Virus record (IMG/VR): IMGVR_UViG_3300042517_001086
Source of the DNA: an uncultured virus (IMG/VR IMGVR_UViG_3300042517_001086)
Lineage: Duplodnaviria > Heunggongvirae > Uroviricota > Caudoviricetes
DNA: 20,000 nt
Reading direction: 5' to 3' (one strand)
Part shown: positions 1 through 8,010 of the stretch, piece by piece
Layout: each line of letters begins with the position of its first letter
Position numbering within the stretch: the first letter of the stretch is position 1
Made by a program: the position numbers and the translations under genes
The notes under the pieces: generated by a model
Told to the model about the DNA's origin: nothing
Database searches by the model: none
The model's input: only the letters and a program-made list of their open reading frames with translations

Positions 1-20
1 TCAACAACCAACTTTAAAAA

Positions 21-230
21 TCAGCTAGGAACTTTTTCTTTGTAGTCCTTTACTTCTGCTATGAGTTTTTTCAGTTTTTCATTATCTTTCAAATCAGATA
101 ACGTATAGTTAACTCTACGATTTTGTCTAGAGTCTGGATTCATGTCGCCCAAAAACAAAATACTAATAGCTAAACCGGAACTAACAATTAAAGTAATTAT
201 TAGCCCTGCAAAAAAAATAAACATTTCCAT
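21..230 (-). CDS. small membrane protein (N-terminal TM helix)
   Basis: ORF track; hydrophobic N-terminus; GGAG upstream. Confidence 0.7.
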   Translation of the reverse strand: MEMFIFFAGLIITLIVSSGLAISILFLGDMNPDSRQNRRVNYTLSDLKDNEKLKKLIAEVKDYKEKVPS

Positions 231-232
231 GA

Positions 233-403
233 TTAATCTCCCTTATAAGAGAATAGATTACCAAGACTAAGAATACTAGGAACCCACAAACCTACAAAAA
301 GTCCACTATCTTTAGCCTCTGGCATACCACTGAACCAAAGACCAACACTAAGAGCAAAGCTCAAAAAAGCAGCAACCAAAACACTAATCTTAAAAACGCT
401 CAT
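233..403 (-). CDS. small two-TM membrane protein (GLFVGLWVPSILSLG)
   Basis: Start moved to ATG 403 (GGAG RBS; promoter occupies 453-485); two hydrophobic segments. Confidence 0.7.
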   Translation of the reverse strand: MSVFKISVLVAAFLSFALSVGLWFSGMPEAKDSGLFVGLWVPSILSLGNLFSYKGD

Positions 404-452
404 AATAAAACTCCGGTTTGTGTTTGTTAAAATAACCTTTCGATACCCTTGC

Positions 453-485
453 ATTATACATCGTCATACTCAGCAGTCAACTTGA
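453..485 (-). promoter_or_regulatory. nested sigma70 / sigma28-like promoter
   Basis: TTGACT-N16-TATAAT plus TCAAG-N15-GACGATGT. Confidence 0.65.
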
Positions 486-489
486 ATTT

Positions 490-699
490 TTAGGTATTGT
501 CCTTATAAAGACCAACGCTCACTCCAGAATCAGCACTTTGATAATACTCTCCCTTACGATATTCTGGAAAATCAACTTCATTGACCCCAAATCCTATCCT
601 AAGATACTCATTAGCATGAATCTCTCCCTGAAAATAATCGTCAAATACTTTCACTTGTTCGATAGTTGAATTTCTAGCCACAATAAAAACCCATCTCAT
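490..699 (-). CDS. hypothetical protein
   Basis: ORF track; ATGA overlap with upstream gene. Confidence 0.7.
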   Translation of the reverse strand: MRWVFIVARNSTIEQVKVFDDYFQGEIHANEYLRIGFGVNEVDFPEYRKGEYYQSADSGVSVGLYKDNT

Positions 700-1085
700 G
701 TAAATTTCTCCAAAAGGCAGTCTTTAGCGTAAATTATACCACGTTTAACTGGAGGGTCAACTGGATTTTCAAATTTATTGACAGATTTTACAACCCATCC
801 AAACTTAGGCTTATCATCTTTCCAACCATACTCATTAGTAATATGAACACAATGTCTTTCATAATCAAAAGCCCAGTGACCTTTATTCTGATATTGAAAA
901 CAATGACTAAAAGTTATGGTTCCGATAATTCTACTCTTAAACTTAGCCGATTTCCCCGGAGTTTCAATTAGTGCCAACTCAACTCCCTCTAATCTTGTGG
1001 GGAGTCGATAGGAGCGGGTTTCGACCGTTTTCTGACCATTAATTAAAAGGGTAGACCACGGGGCTTGAATATTTAAACCAGTCAC
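696..1085 (-). CDS. ASCH (PUA-like) domain protein
   Basis: N-terminal GLNIQAPWSTLLINGQKTVETRS matches the ASCH signature (QPW...GxKxxExR). Confidence 0.85.
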   Translation of the reverse strand: MTGLNIQAPWSTLLINGQKTVETRSYRLPTRLEGVELALIETPGKSAKFKSRIIGTITFSHCFQYQNKGHWAFDYERHCVHITNEYGWKDDKPKFGWVVKSVNKFENPVDPPVKRGIIYAKDCLLEKFT

Positions 1086-1091
1086 GAATTA

Positions 1092-1172
1092 CTAAGCTCC
1101 AAACTGACATTTAGGACATCTTTTCCAATTACTACCACAAATTTTGCAAACCGCTCTATAAAACATAGTCAT
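1092..1172 (-). CDS. 26-aa Cys4 micro-protein (MTMFYRAVCKICGSNWKRCPKCQFGA)
   Basis: Manually translated; TGATG coupling with upstream gene; two CxxC motifs; fills the gap. Confidence 0.5.
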   Translation of the reverse strand: MTMFYRAVCKICGSNWKRCPKCQFGA

Positions 1173-1630
1173 CATTTATGTTCCTGATCGTATTCCTTTT
1201 GAGTCATATACGAACCATCTTTCTTCACTGTAGTAAATTGGCCCATTCCCATACATTTTTCACAAGCCGCCATATCTATTTTCGGCCCAGCAGCACCATA
1301 TTCTTGAAGCAAAATCTTGTATTTGTTCTGAACAATATCGCAATAATCGTAACCATCACCATAGGGTAGTCTAACACACTTTTCACACTTGTCAACCATA
1401 AGATGATGATTTATGAATAATGCCAAACTAGCATCCATCATGAGTTTATTAACGTCTGTTGGATATTCTCCAGAGCCTTTACATTGATTGCAAGTTATCA
1501 GTGGTGGTTCTGATAGTTTTTGTACTTTCTTTTTGTGGATAGGATTAAGAACAAAAATAGAGAATAATAACCCTATAACTGTTCCTAATACTATTATTGT
1601 TGGTTTAATATCAAAATTAGTTTCGTTCAT
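1172..1630 (-). CDS. membrane-anchored DnaJ-type zinc finger protein
   Basis: N-terminal TM; CNQCKGSG and CEKCMGMG (CxxCxGxG) motifs. Confidence 0.75.
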   Translation of the reverse strand: MNETNFDIKPTIIVLGTVIGLLFSIFVLNPIHKKKVQKLSEPPLITCNQCKGSGEYPTDVNKLMMDASLALFINHHLMVDKCEKCVRLPYGDGYDYCDIVQNKYKILLQEYGAAGPKIDMAACEKCMGMGQFTTVKKDGSYMTQKEYDQEHK

Positions 1631-1850
1631 AAAGAATCCTTAATATTTTACTTGCCATATGAGATATTCCCGCCTCTAATCCTTCTGAATATGTTAATTT
1701 TTTACTACCCTCAAGCACCTTCATAAACTCTATAGTATCAAGATAAGGCCCGAATGGTTCAGCAGCCTCTTCTTTGCATAAATCTTCTATCTTTTCTATT
1801 TTAGTGATAAGATAGAGTAATTGTTTTTGAAAATCTTTAGTCGTTGTCAT
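1617..1850 (-). CDS. hypothetical protein
   Basis: ORF track; overlapping operon packing. Confidence 0.65.
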   Translation of the reverse strand: MTTTKDFQKQLLYLITKIEKIEDLCKEEAAEPFGPYLDTIEFMKVLEGSKKLTYSEGLEAGISHMASKILRILYERN

Positions 1851-2025
1851 TTTCCTTGTAGTAAATTACTACTTTGGTTCCATAATCAGTAGTTACTTTA
1901 ATTTTATAAGGATCATAAGAAACTTTTAAGTGATGACACAAATCCTCACCAGCTCTTAATACTTCTTTTAGAGTTGGGGATTGTAGATAAATATCATTAT
2001 CTTTCGATATATCAAATGTTTTCAT
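1837..2025 (-). CDS. hypothetical protein
   Basis: ORF track; overlapping operon packing. Confidence 0.65.
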   Translation of the reverse strand: MKTFDISKDNDIYLQSPTLKEVLRAGEDLCHHLKVSYDPYKIKVTTDYGTKVVIYYKENDND

Positions 2026-2245
2026 TTGTGTATGCTTTCATTATCGACAAAAATTGTTCTATACTTTTTTGTGTAGTTTCTTTTGTGTCTCCATAATCTA
2101 TAAATAACCATCCATTCAATTCTGACCATATAAATAATTTAGTTGGACAATCAGAAATCTTAAACAATTTACCATTATATTCTAATATACAAGATATTAG
2201 GGTATTGCCATCTATTTGAGATCGTCTTTCGTTAATGATTCTCAT
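2012..2245 (-). CDS. hypothetical protein
   Basis: ORF track. Confidence 0.65.
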   Translation of the reverse strand: MRIINERRSQIDGNTLISCILEYNGKLFKISDCPTKLFIWSELNGWLFIDYGDTKETTQKSIEQFLSIMKAYTNENI

Positions 2246-2266
2246 ACTACTTGTAATATTCCTATA

Positions 2267-2352
2267 GTTAACCCCGCCCCGCCTACTCTGTCGGCAATTA
2301 GCCTAGTTGATCTACGCACTAAGCGTAAACATTCGACGGGAACAGGGTTAAC
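2267..2352 (-). ncRNA. candidate structured RNA (14-bp closing stem, internal hairpins)
   Basis: GTTAACCCTGTTCC pairs with GGGGCGGGGTTAAC using G-U pairs on the minus strand; internal TTTACGC/GCGTAGA hairpin; GC-rich island in an AT-rich intergenic gap. Confidence 0.45.
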
Positions 2353-2361
2353 ATTTTTATG

Positions 2362-2580
2362 TTATTCTAGTCCTAGTTCTTGATCAAGTTGGCTCAATTT
2401 ATTTAGTGCTTGTAGTCGCTGATAGTTCAAACCCGCCGCAAATCCACATTGGAAATAATAAAAATCATTAGGAGTTCCTTCATGATCTCCCTCTAGCCAT
2501 ACTTCTTCTGCTAATTGTTTGGCTTGGTCATAGCCAGACTGAATACTTTCTTTTTGTTTTTGTTGCCAAGTTTTTTTCAT
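2362..2580 (-). CDS. hypothetical protein
   Basis: ORF track; ATGA overlap; GGAG RBS. Confidence 0.7.
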   Translation of the reverse strand: MKKTWQQKQKESIQSGYDQAKQLAEEVWLEGDHEGTPNDFYYFQCGFAAGLNYQRLQALNKLSQLDQELGLE

Positions 2581-2837
2581 TTTTTCTCCAGTTCATTTAC
2601 TCTGTCTTGTAATCCTTGATAGTCAATCATGGGTTTATTACAACCCTCCAGCATATTCTGAATCTCAGTTTTCAACTCATCAACAGTTTCACACATAAAT
2701 ACAGGCATAGAGCGAATATAAGTAATATCCCCATTCTCGCCAACAAATACTTTTTTAATCCCAAAAACTATCTTAGGATCATAGCGAAGATGCTTATGTG
2801 TTTGTATTTCTTTGCTAATTCGGTATTCCCAGCCCAT
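2577..2837 (-). CDS. hypothetical protein
   Basis: ORF track; TAATG coupling. Confidence 0.7.
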   Translation of the reverse strand: MGWEYRISKEIQTHKHLRYDPKIVFGIKKVFVGENGDITYIRSMPVFMCETVDELKTEIQNMLEGCNKPMIDYQGLQDRVNELEKK

Positions 2838-3013
2838 TATTTTGTCCTTTTAGGAGACTTTTTAGATTTCACAGTAGATTTATTTTGTTCATTTATTTCT
2901 GGAAGATTCAACTCATCGAACTGTGCTGATTTAATAGCATCTAACATCTTATTCAGATTTTGTAGTCTTGTGACCAATTCCTCCCCAACATTAATTTGTT
3001 CGTTAGAACTCAT
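2837..3013 (-). CDS. hypothetical protein (58 aa, MSSNEQINVGEE...)
   Basis: Manually translated; TAA overlaps the next ATG. Confidence 0.6.
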   Translation of the reverse strand: MSSNEQINVGEELVTRLQNLNKMLDAIKSAQFDELNLPEINEQNKSTVKSKKSPKRTK

Positions 3014-3037
3014 ATCATTTTTTCCAGAGTTTCTTGG

Positions 3038-3244
3038 CTATTCATGAGTCACCACAATCTTCACACCATCAAATTCATGACGATCACAAGAATCATACAT
3101 TCCACATGAATATGGTTTATTGATAACGACAAAATCAAAATTAAAATCTCCGCTCAACTTATGCTCTTTAGTCAAATGATCAAAAAGAATAGTTTGAACA
3201 TCTTGGACACTGAGAACAATTTCTTTCTTGTTTTGAATTTTCAT
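3038..3244 (-). CDS. hypothetical protein
   Basis: ORF track; ATGA overlap. Confidence 0.65.
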   Translation of the reverse strand: MKIQNKKEIVLSVQDVQTILFDHLTKEHKLSGDFNFDFVVINKPYSCGMYDSCDRHEFDGVKIVVTHE

Positions 3245-3429
3245 AATAGATAGTATTCTTTAAGAGTTTGATATAGATTGTTGACTTGATTTTCGTCCAC
3301 TCTGAGTTCAGTAGGGTCACTACTATTATAGCTAAAAACCCTGATCAAGTAAGGTTTATTCTTCAAAAGTTCATTGTAATGAATCTCAACAATATCATAT
3401 TCAAGAATCAAAGTTCTTAATAGAGTCAT
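3241..3429 (-). CDS. hypothetical protein
   Basis: ORF track. Confidence 0.65.
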   Translation of the reverse strand: MTLLRTLILEYDIVEIHYNELLKNKPYLIRVFSYNSSDPTELRVDENQVNNLYQTLKEYYLL

Positions 3430-3640
3430 TATTATTTTTACTTAAATTCCTAAGACACTCACTATCTTGTTTCATAATCTCTCTAGCAATTTCCATTTGC
3501 TTGTTATTATTTGTTCTTTCTAATAGATTGCGTAGGGGCATCATCTTGACAAAATCTCTGTCGAGGACGGGTAACGACAAACACCACTCAATCGCCTCAA
3601 TTTCTTCGTTAGTCAAAGTTATTGGTTCTTGTTTAGTCAT
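3401..3640 (-). CDS. hypothetical protein
   Basis: ORF track; first gene after promoter 3710-3749. Confidence 0.65.
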   Translation of the reverse strand: MTKQEPITLTNEEIEAIEWCLSLPVLDRDFVKMMPLRNLLERTNNNKQMEIAREIMKQDSECLRNLSKNNNDSIKNFDS

Positions 3641-3709
3641 AATATATGAGCATTTGTGTGTGTTTTATGATATCAAGTGATAATATGTTATCGTTTGCAA
3701 GACAAAGTG

Positions 3710-3749
3710 AGTATACCATAGGTATCGGATGTTGTCAAGACTCACTTGA
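3710..3749 (-). promoter_or_regulatory. nested sigma70 / sigma28-like promoter
   Basis: TTGACA-N17-TATACT plus TCAAG-N15-TCCGATAC. Confidence 0.75.
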
Positions 3750-3938
3750 ATCAAAATCTAATAGGTCGGGGTTAATAAGGTCAATCATATAGTCTTTTGT
3801 AGCAGCCAACATAATTTCATCACCCACATCAACTAGAAGATCACTAAGATCAGATATAATTAGATCAACCAGATTATGAACTGCCGCAAAATCATTACGA
3901 TCAAGATTTTTCAGTTCTTTTTTTATATTAATTTGCAC
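3735..3938 (-). CDS. acidic hypothetical protein
   Basis: ORF track; GTG start coupled to the upstream TAG. Confidence 0.6.
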   Translation of the reverse strand: MQINIKKELKNLDRNDFAAVHNLVDLIISDLSDLLVDVGDEIMLAATKDYMIDLINPDLLDFDSSES

Positions 3939-4129
3939 TAAAACATCCTTTTAATTTCTAGTGGCTTATTTTCGATAATCTCAATAAGAACATTAGTAGA
4001 TTGATTCACAGCATAAATGAAGGATGCCATAGCAGGGTCATCGACTTTGTGTTTGGCAAATACTCTACATAGTTCTTTCATCTCTTTTAGTAAAGTAAGA
4101 CAATCCTCTTTATTATCTTCACTAGTCAT
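3938..4129 (-). CDS. hypothetical protein (MTSEDNKE...)
   Basis: ORF track, start moved to 4129 (TAATG coupling, GGAG RBS). Confidence 0.65.
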   Translation of the reverse strand: MTSEDNKEDCLTLLKEMKELCRVFAKHKVDDPAMASFIYAVNQSTNVLIEIIENKPLEIKRMF

Positions 4130-4218
4130 TAAAACAACTCCCCATATCCATTCCACCAATCATAAATTCGTATACAAGCCATATATCCTAGTATACCAAA
4201 TAATACAAGTCCAGCCAT
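4129..4218 (-). CDS. 29-aa membrane micro-protein (MAGLVLFGILGYMACIRIYDWWNGYGELF)
   Basis: Manually translated; TAATG coupling at both ends. Confidence 0.55.
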   Translation of the reverse strand: MAGLVLFGILGYMACIRIYDWWNGYGELF

Positions 4219-4427
4219 TATTTATTCTCCTTGTCTCTCCACAAAGGATAATCATTTTCATTTTTAGCCAATTTGTTCGCTAAATTCACTATCTCTCTTT
4301 CGCTCCAACCGCTAAAATGCCCTCTCATATGTATTTGGGTCAATTCATTACTACGAGTATTCTCATAATATTTCTGGACTGCTTCTATCCAAGCTTTAGT
4401 TGCTAGTTGTAGCGGATTTTCGGTCAT
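4218..4427 (-). CDS. hypothetical protein
   Basis: ORF track; TAATG coupling. Confidence 0.7.
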   Translation of the reverse strand: MTENPLQLATKAWIEAVQKYYENTRSNELTQIHMRGHFSGWSEREIVNLANKLAKNENDYPLWRDKENK

Positions 4428-4567
4428 TATTTATTCTCCAAAACTTCTTTCAAAAGATTAACAGCAGTCTCAAGCCACAAATCATAATCAGCCATATTAA
4501 AATCATTCTCAGTATTATCATAATCTACAATAAAGTTCCTGATATTACTTTTCAGTTTATCGTTCAT
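4427..4567 (-). CDS. 46-aa hypothetical protein (MNDKLKSNIRNF...)
   Basis: Manually translated; GGAGG RBS; downstream of promoter 4644-4672. Confidence 0.65.
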   Translation of the reverse strand: MNDKLKSNIRNFIVDYDNTENDFNMADYDLWLETAVNLLKEVLENK

Positions 4568-4585
4568 GGGTTGTCCTCCAAATTA

Positions 4586-4597
4586 GGTGTATTATAT
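4586..4597 (+). promoter_or_regulatory. GGTGTATTAT motif upstream of HNH gene (candidate phage late promoter)
   Basis: Same motif precedes all three HNH genes. Confidence 0.45.
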
Positions 4598-4643
4598 GAT
4601 GTTGAGGGTGTGGTCAGACACTTTTGACACTACAATACAAACG

Positions 4644-4672
4644 ATTATACTCGACGCCCAAGCTGTTGTCAA
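4644..4672 (-). promoter_or_regulatory. consensus sigma70 promoter
   Basis: TTGACA-N17-TATAAT. Confidence 0.8.
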
Positions 4673-4716
4673 CTGACCTTGACTCTGCTTGGGTTGTTGT
4701 TTTAATAGGCTAATTT

Positions 4717-5406
4717 ATGGACACTAAATTTTGTAATAAATGTAAAGAAGAAAAACCTTTTACTTGTTTTCATAAGAAAAAAAGGCCGAATAATGAAAAT
4801 GGATTAGCTCATGCCTGTAAAATATGTTTAAACAAATACTACAAAGAATATCACTTAAATAACAAAGAAAAAAGAAAGGAAAAATCTAAAACATGGTATT
4901 TGAATAATAAAGACAAGTTAATAGAAATGAATAAAACATATCATTCAAATAATAGAGACAAAAGATTACAAAAACAGAAAGAATACTACTTAATTAATAG
5001 AGAAAAAATTATTGAACAAAATAAAATTTATGCCACAAATAATAGAGACAAAATTAATAAAAGGACTATTGAGAATTGTCGTAAAAACCCATTGCTTAAA
5101 TTAAAGAAATCACTCAGAGGTAGATTGTATCAAGCCTTAGCTCATGGACTAAAATCTGAGTCGTCTATTGAATTGGTAGGATGTTCTATTGAGAAATTAA
5201 AACTGCATTTAGAGTCTCAATTTAAAGAAGGTATGAGTTGGGAAAACTGGTCATTTAAAGGATGGCACGTTGACCATATTCGCCCAATATCATCTTTCGA
5301 TTTCTCTGATCCTGAGCAAGTTAAACAATGCTTCAATTACTCAAATCTTCAGCCATTATGGGCCAAAGATAATTTGTTAAAAGGAAGCAAATTCATTTCT
5401 GATTGA
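4717..5406 (+). CDS. HNH homing endonuclease (N-terminal Zn ribbon, C-terminal HNH)
   Basis: CNKC...CKIC; WHVDHIRP...CFNYSNLQPLWAKDNLLKG; very AT-rich; opposite strand to neighbours. Confidence 0.85.
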   Translation: MDTKFCNKCKEEKPFTCFHKKKRPNNENGLAHACKICLNKYYKEYHLNNKEKRKEKSKTWYLNNKDKLIEMNKTYHSNNRDKRLQKQKEYYLINREKIIEQNKIYATNNRDKINKRTIENCRKNPLLKLKKSLRGRLYQALAHGLKSESSIELVGCSIEKLKLHLESQFKEGMSWENWSFKGWHVDHIRPISSFDFSDPEQVKQCFNYSNLQPLWAKDNLLKGSKFISD

Positions 5407-5424
5407 TTTGTTTTTGATTTGGGT

Positions 5425-5610
5425 TTACTTACCACTAAAAGCTATTTGATTACTCCCTTTACGGGCATTAATCCCACAGATATGACGTAGCATAATGTGA
5501 GCATTATTGATTTCAAAGCCCGGTTTGTCCTTCTTTTGGTCAATATAATATTGGATCATAGAGGCTAAAAGATCTAGTTCACTGTTGGTTAATTGAATCT
5601 GTTTATACAT
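5425..5610 (-). CDS. hypothetical protein
   Basis: ORF track; GAGG RBS; promoter upstream. Confidence 0.65.
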   Translation of the reverse strand: MYKQIQLTNSELDLLASMIQYYIDQKKDKPGFEINNAHIMLRHICGINARKGSNQIAFSGK

Positions 5611-5667
5611 CCTAAAACCTCAAATTTCCCCTGCATTATTACTTTTACTACCCGTATCCACCATAGC

Positions 5668-5725
5668 AGTATATCACAAAGAATCGCTTTCGTCAAGTAT
5701 CGACATAGGGGGCTTGACAACTTTA
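5668..5725 (-). promoter_or_regulatory. tandem sigma28-like and sigma70 promoters
   Basis: TAAAG-N16-GTCGATAC followed directly by TTGACG-N17-TATACT. Confidence 0.7.
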
Positions 5726-5742
5726 TTCAAATCCTGTACAAT
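5714..5742 (+). promoter_or_regulatory. divergent sigma70 promoter with no downstream ORF
   Basis: TTGACA-N17-TACAAT. Confidence 0.5.
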
Positions 5743-5838
5743 TAGCCTGTTATCCCACAAATTTCACCACGGGATAAGATAATAAGTGGATTTTAATACT
5801 TTTAGCCGATAAATAGGTGATATTAGCTAAGAACAACC

Positions 5839-6015
5839 TCACTTGAGCGTACTCTGGGATTGTTCAGATGTATAAGTTGATGATTGTTGGGGTACTGATA
5901 ATGATTTTGTAAGATAATAATGTACAGAAACCATAGAAACTATAGTAACTAGAGCCACAAAAACTAGATTCTTAATGAAAGGAACGTGAAATTCTTCAAA
6001 TTTTGATTTACTCAT
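5839..6015 (-). CDS. 58-aa membrane protein (MSKSKFEEFHVPFIKNLVFVALV...)
   Basis: Manually translated; AAGGA RBS; one TM segment. Confidence 0.6.
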   Translation of the reverse strand: MSKSKFEEFHVPFIKNLVFVALVTIVSMVSVHYYLTKSLSVPQQSSTYTSEQSQSTLK

Positions 6016-6122
6016 AATTATCGTCCTTATTGAAAAGATACTCTAAATAGTCTATCAAAAACGAATGAATTGTGATGCAGGCAAGAATTATCCATGCTCC
6101 GTGTAAAATAAGGGGATCATTC

Positions 6123-6269
6123 TCAATCATTTAAAGCTCTCAGTATTCTGTAAAAGATGGCCGATAGGGCTAAGAGTAGTATGAGGATTATGAATATTCT
6201 GGTAGGATCATCATGAATGAATGTGGGGCAAATTGGTCTTTTAACAATATTAGTTACCTGAGCTATCAT
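6123..6269 (-). CDS. small membrane protein
   Basis: ORF track, start moved to MIAQV; C-terminal TM. Confidence 0.55.
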   Translation of the reverse strand: MIAQVTNIVKRPICPTFIHDDPTRIFIILILLLALSAIFYRILRALND

Positions 6270-6376
6270 TGTCGTCTTTCCTTGATAGATAGGAGACAAA
6301 ATATAAACTCCCAAAATATACTGCTGATTCTACTAGGATCAAGGATATCATAAAGAATCCTAAGATACGGAATATC

Positions 6377-6544
6377 TCATTCATAACCAAAAACTTTCTT
6401 AATTAAGCCCAGAAAATATTCTGATTTAGTTTCAGTCTTTGGTTCAACCTGCTCAATTTTGTCACAACTTTTCGGAGCACAATTCTTTTTACAAACTTTC
6501 TTAGAGCAGGCTTTCTTTTTAGGACTAGATTTCTTTTTTGCCAT
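6377..6544 (-). CDS. small Lys/Cys-rich basic protein (MAKKKSSPKKKACSKK...)
   Basis: ORF track, start moved to 6544 (GAGG RBS; element B occupies the upstream sequence). Confidence 0.65.
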   Translation of the reverse strand: MAKKKSSPKKKACSKKVCKKNCAPKSCDKIEQVEPKTETKSEYFLGLIKKVFGYE

Positions 6545-6556
6545 AGTACAAATCCT

Positions 6557-6602
6557 CGCTGACTGTTTCCATAAATTCCAAATCGGAAGTTTTAGGTGAG
6601 AC
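6557..6602. repeat. element B copy 1 (46 bp)
   Basis: CGCTGACT-N14-CAAAT-N7-TTTAG-N2-GAGAC. Confidence 0.8.
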
Positions 6603-6658
6603 ACATAAGCTATATATCTCAAGAGTATTATAAAGAGGCCAGACTACTCTATCAAGAT

Positions 6659-6847
6659 TTATTCAGTCTTAAATTCCAACTTGGGTATCAGACTATCAGT
6701 ATCAGCGGACACTTTCTTAATGTCGATAACTATTAGAGTATCAGACATGTCAGGACTATTTTGTTGATATTTTAGTATGGCCTGATGAATCTTTTGACAA
6801 ATATGCTCACAATTCATCTGAGATTCTATTTTAATGGTTGTTATCAT
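6659..6847 (-). CDS. hypothetical protein
   Basis: ORF track. Confidence 0.65.
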   Translation of the reverse strand: MITTIKIESQMNCEHICQKIHQAILKYQQNSPDMSDTLIVIDIKKVSADTDSLIPKLEFKTE

Positions 6848-6856
6848 ACTAAAGTT

Positions 6857-6902
6857 CGCTGACTATATCCATAAAATCCAAACCGACTTTATTAGCTGAT
6901 AC
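6857..6902. repeat. element B copy 2
   Basis: CGCTGACT-N14-CAAAC-N7-ATTAG-N2-GATAC. Confidence 0.8.
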
Positions 6903-6918
6903 AATTGAGACTATTAAA

Positions 6919-6990
6919 AGCAAGAGAAGAGACTCGAACTCTCAACATTCAGGTTGGAAACCTAACGCTCTACCATTGAGCTACTCTTGC
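6919..6990 (-). tRNA. tRNA-Gly(TCC)
   Basis: Cloverleaf GCAAGAG/CTCTTGC; anticodon loop TTTCCAA; TTCGAGT T-loop; U73. Confidence 0.93.
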
Positions 6991-6999
6991 CTGAAGATA

Positions 7000-7344
7000 T
7001 TATCTCCAAGACCTTACTCTATACCATTTACCATTCTTACCTTGTGCTGACGCATCTCCTGTTAGTCTCATATTGTTACCTGGAGTACAAGTGTTACAAT
7101 TGGGAGACGAACCATAACCAACTCCTTCAAAGCTACCAATAACACCCCACACATGACCAGTAATGTTATTAGCTGCCATATGATTAGCTTCGGCCTGACA
7201 ACGTTCCTGATCATTATTTCCAACATAGTTTTTTGTATAACTTTCTACCCGATAAGTTGGCTGACTATAATACTTTGGTCGAGCCGCCTCTGCGGTAAAA
7301 GTAGTGACAAAAACTAGAGCAATTGCAATCATAAAAATCTTCAT
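7000..7344 (-). CDS. secreted protein with signal peptide (Cys/Gly-rich)
   Basis: MKIFMIAIALVFVTTFTAEA signal peptide; GGAGG RBS. Confidence 0.75.
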   Translation of the reverse strand: MKIFMIAIALVFVTTFTAEAARPKYYSQPTYRVESYTKNYVGNNDQERCQAEANHMAANNITGHVWGVIGSFEGVGYGSSPNCNTCTPGNNMRLTGDASAQGKNGKWYRVRSWR

Positions 7345-7375
7345 AAGTTCCTCCGTGAAAGTAATAAGTCTATTT

Positions 7376-7404
7376 AAGAAAAGACCCCCGAGTTTATTCG
7401 GGGG
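7376..7404 (-). terminator. rho-independent terminator
   Basis: CCCCCGA/TCGGGGG hairpin followed by TCTTTTCTT. Confidence 0.65.
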
Positions 7405-7470
7405 AATTCTCTAATGATCTATAATCAAACAAATCTGTCCTATGATCCTTTTGATTATCGACCATGAATA

Positions 7471-7686
7471 TTAACGAACAACACTGCGAACGCGAGCTAC
7501 AGTTCTTCGACCAACATTACGGGTAGCCTCAACTGTTCGGCGTGTTACTTCTACTGGGACTGAAATAACTTCCCTAGTAACATTGACAACTCGACTTCGT
7601 AGTGTACAATTGCCACTAGCACACTCACCAGCATAGGTTGACGAACCAAGAACCATAAGAGCAAACACAAGAACAAACTTAATCAT
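7471..7686 (-). CDS. small secreted protein (signal peptide; ECASGNC; Arg/Val-rich tail)
   Basis: Start moved to MIKFVL with AGGAG RBS. Confidence 0.7.
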   Translation of the reverse strand: MIKFVLVFALMVLGSSTYAGECASGNCTLRSRVVNVTREVISVPVEVTRRTVEATRNVGRRTVARVRSVVR

Positions 7687-7806
7687 AAACTTTCTCCTGT
7701 TGAAGTAATGTCGCGTCCCTGCGACTGTCATTTATGTTATAGTAAGTTCGGGGGATATGTGGTCAAGTTGCAGCCTATTACCATTTTTTAACTGACCCTC
7801 TAATCT

Positions 7807-7852
7807 CGCTGACTATCACCAACAAAACCAAATCCGGAGGATTAGCCGAGAC
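7807..7852. repeat. element B copy 3
   Basis: CGCTGACT-N14-CAAAT-N7-ATTAG-N2-GAGAC; preceded by TTTTTTAACTGACCC as in copy 4. Confidence 0.85.
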
Positions 7853-7894
7853 TAACCCTACCGGATTAAAATAACATCAAATTACTATTGTTTA

Positions 7895-8002
7895 CTATTT
7901 AATAGTTGGAGGAGAACAATGGCATGAGTAATAATATAAAGATACTAATGCTAACAATGTTACTATTATTCCAACGCTCCAATAAACTAATGTATAATTC
8001 AT
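7895..8002 (-). CDS. 35-aa membrane micro-protein (MNYTLVYWSVGIIVTLLALV...)
   Basis: Manually translated; GAGGTG RBS. Confidence 0.55.
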   Translation of the reverse strand: MNYTLVYWSVGIIVTLLALVSLYYYSCHCSPPTIK

Positions 8003-8010
8003 AAAGCACC

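Noticed and set aside
4600..5406. IscB/HEARO (omega RNA) or IS200/605-type RNA-guided system
   Set aside because: Leader contains GTCAACT and a hairpin, but the protein has no PLMP or RuvC motifs and the leader is short; an ordinary free-standing HNH fits better.
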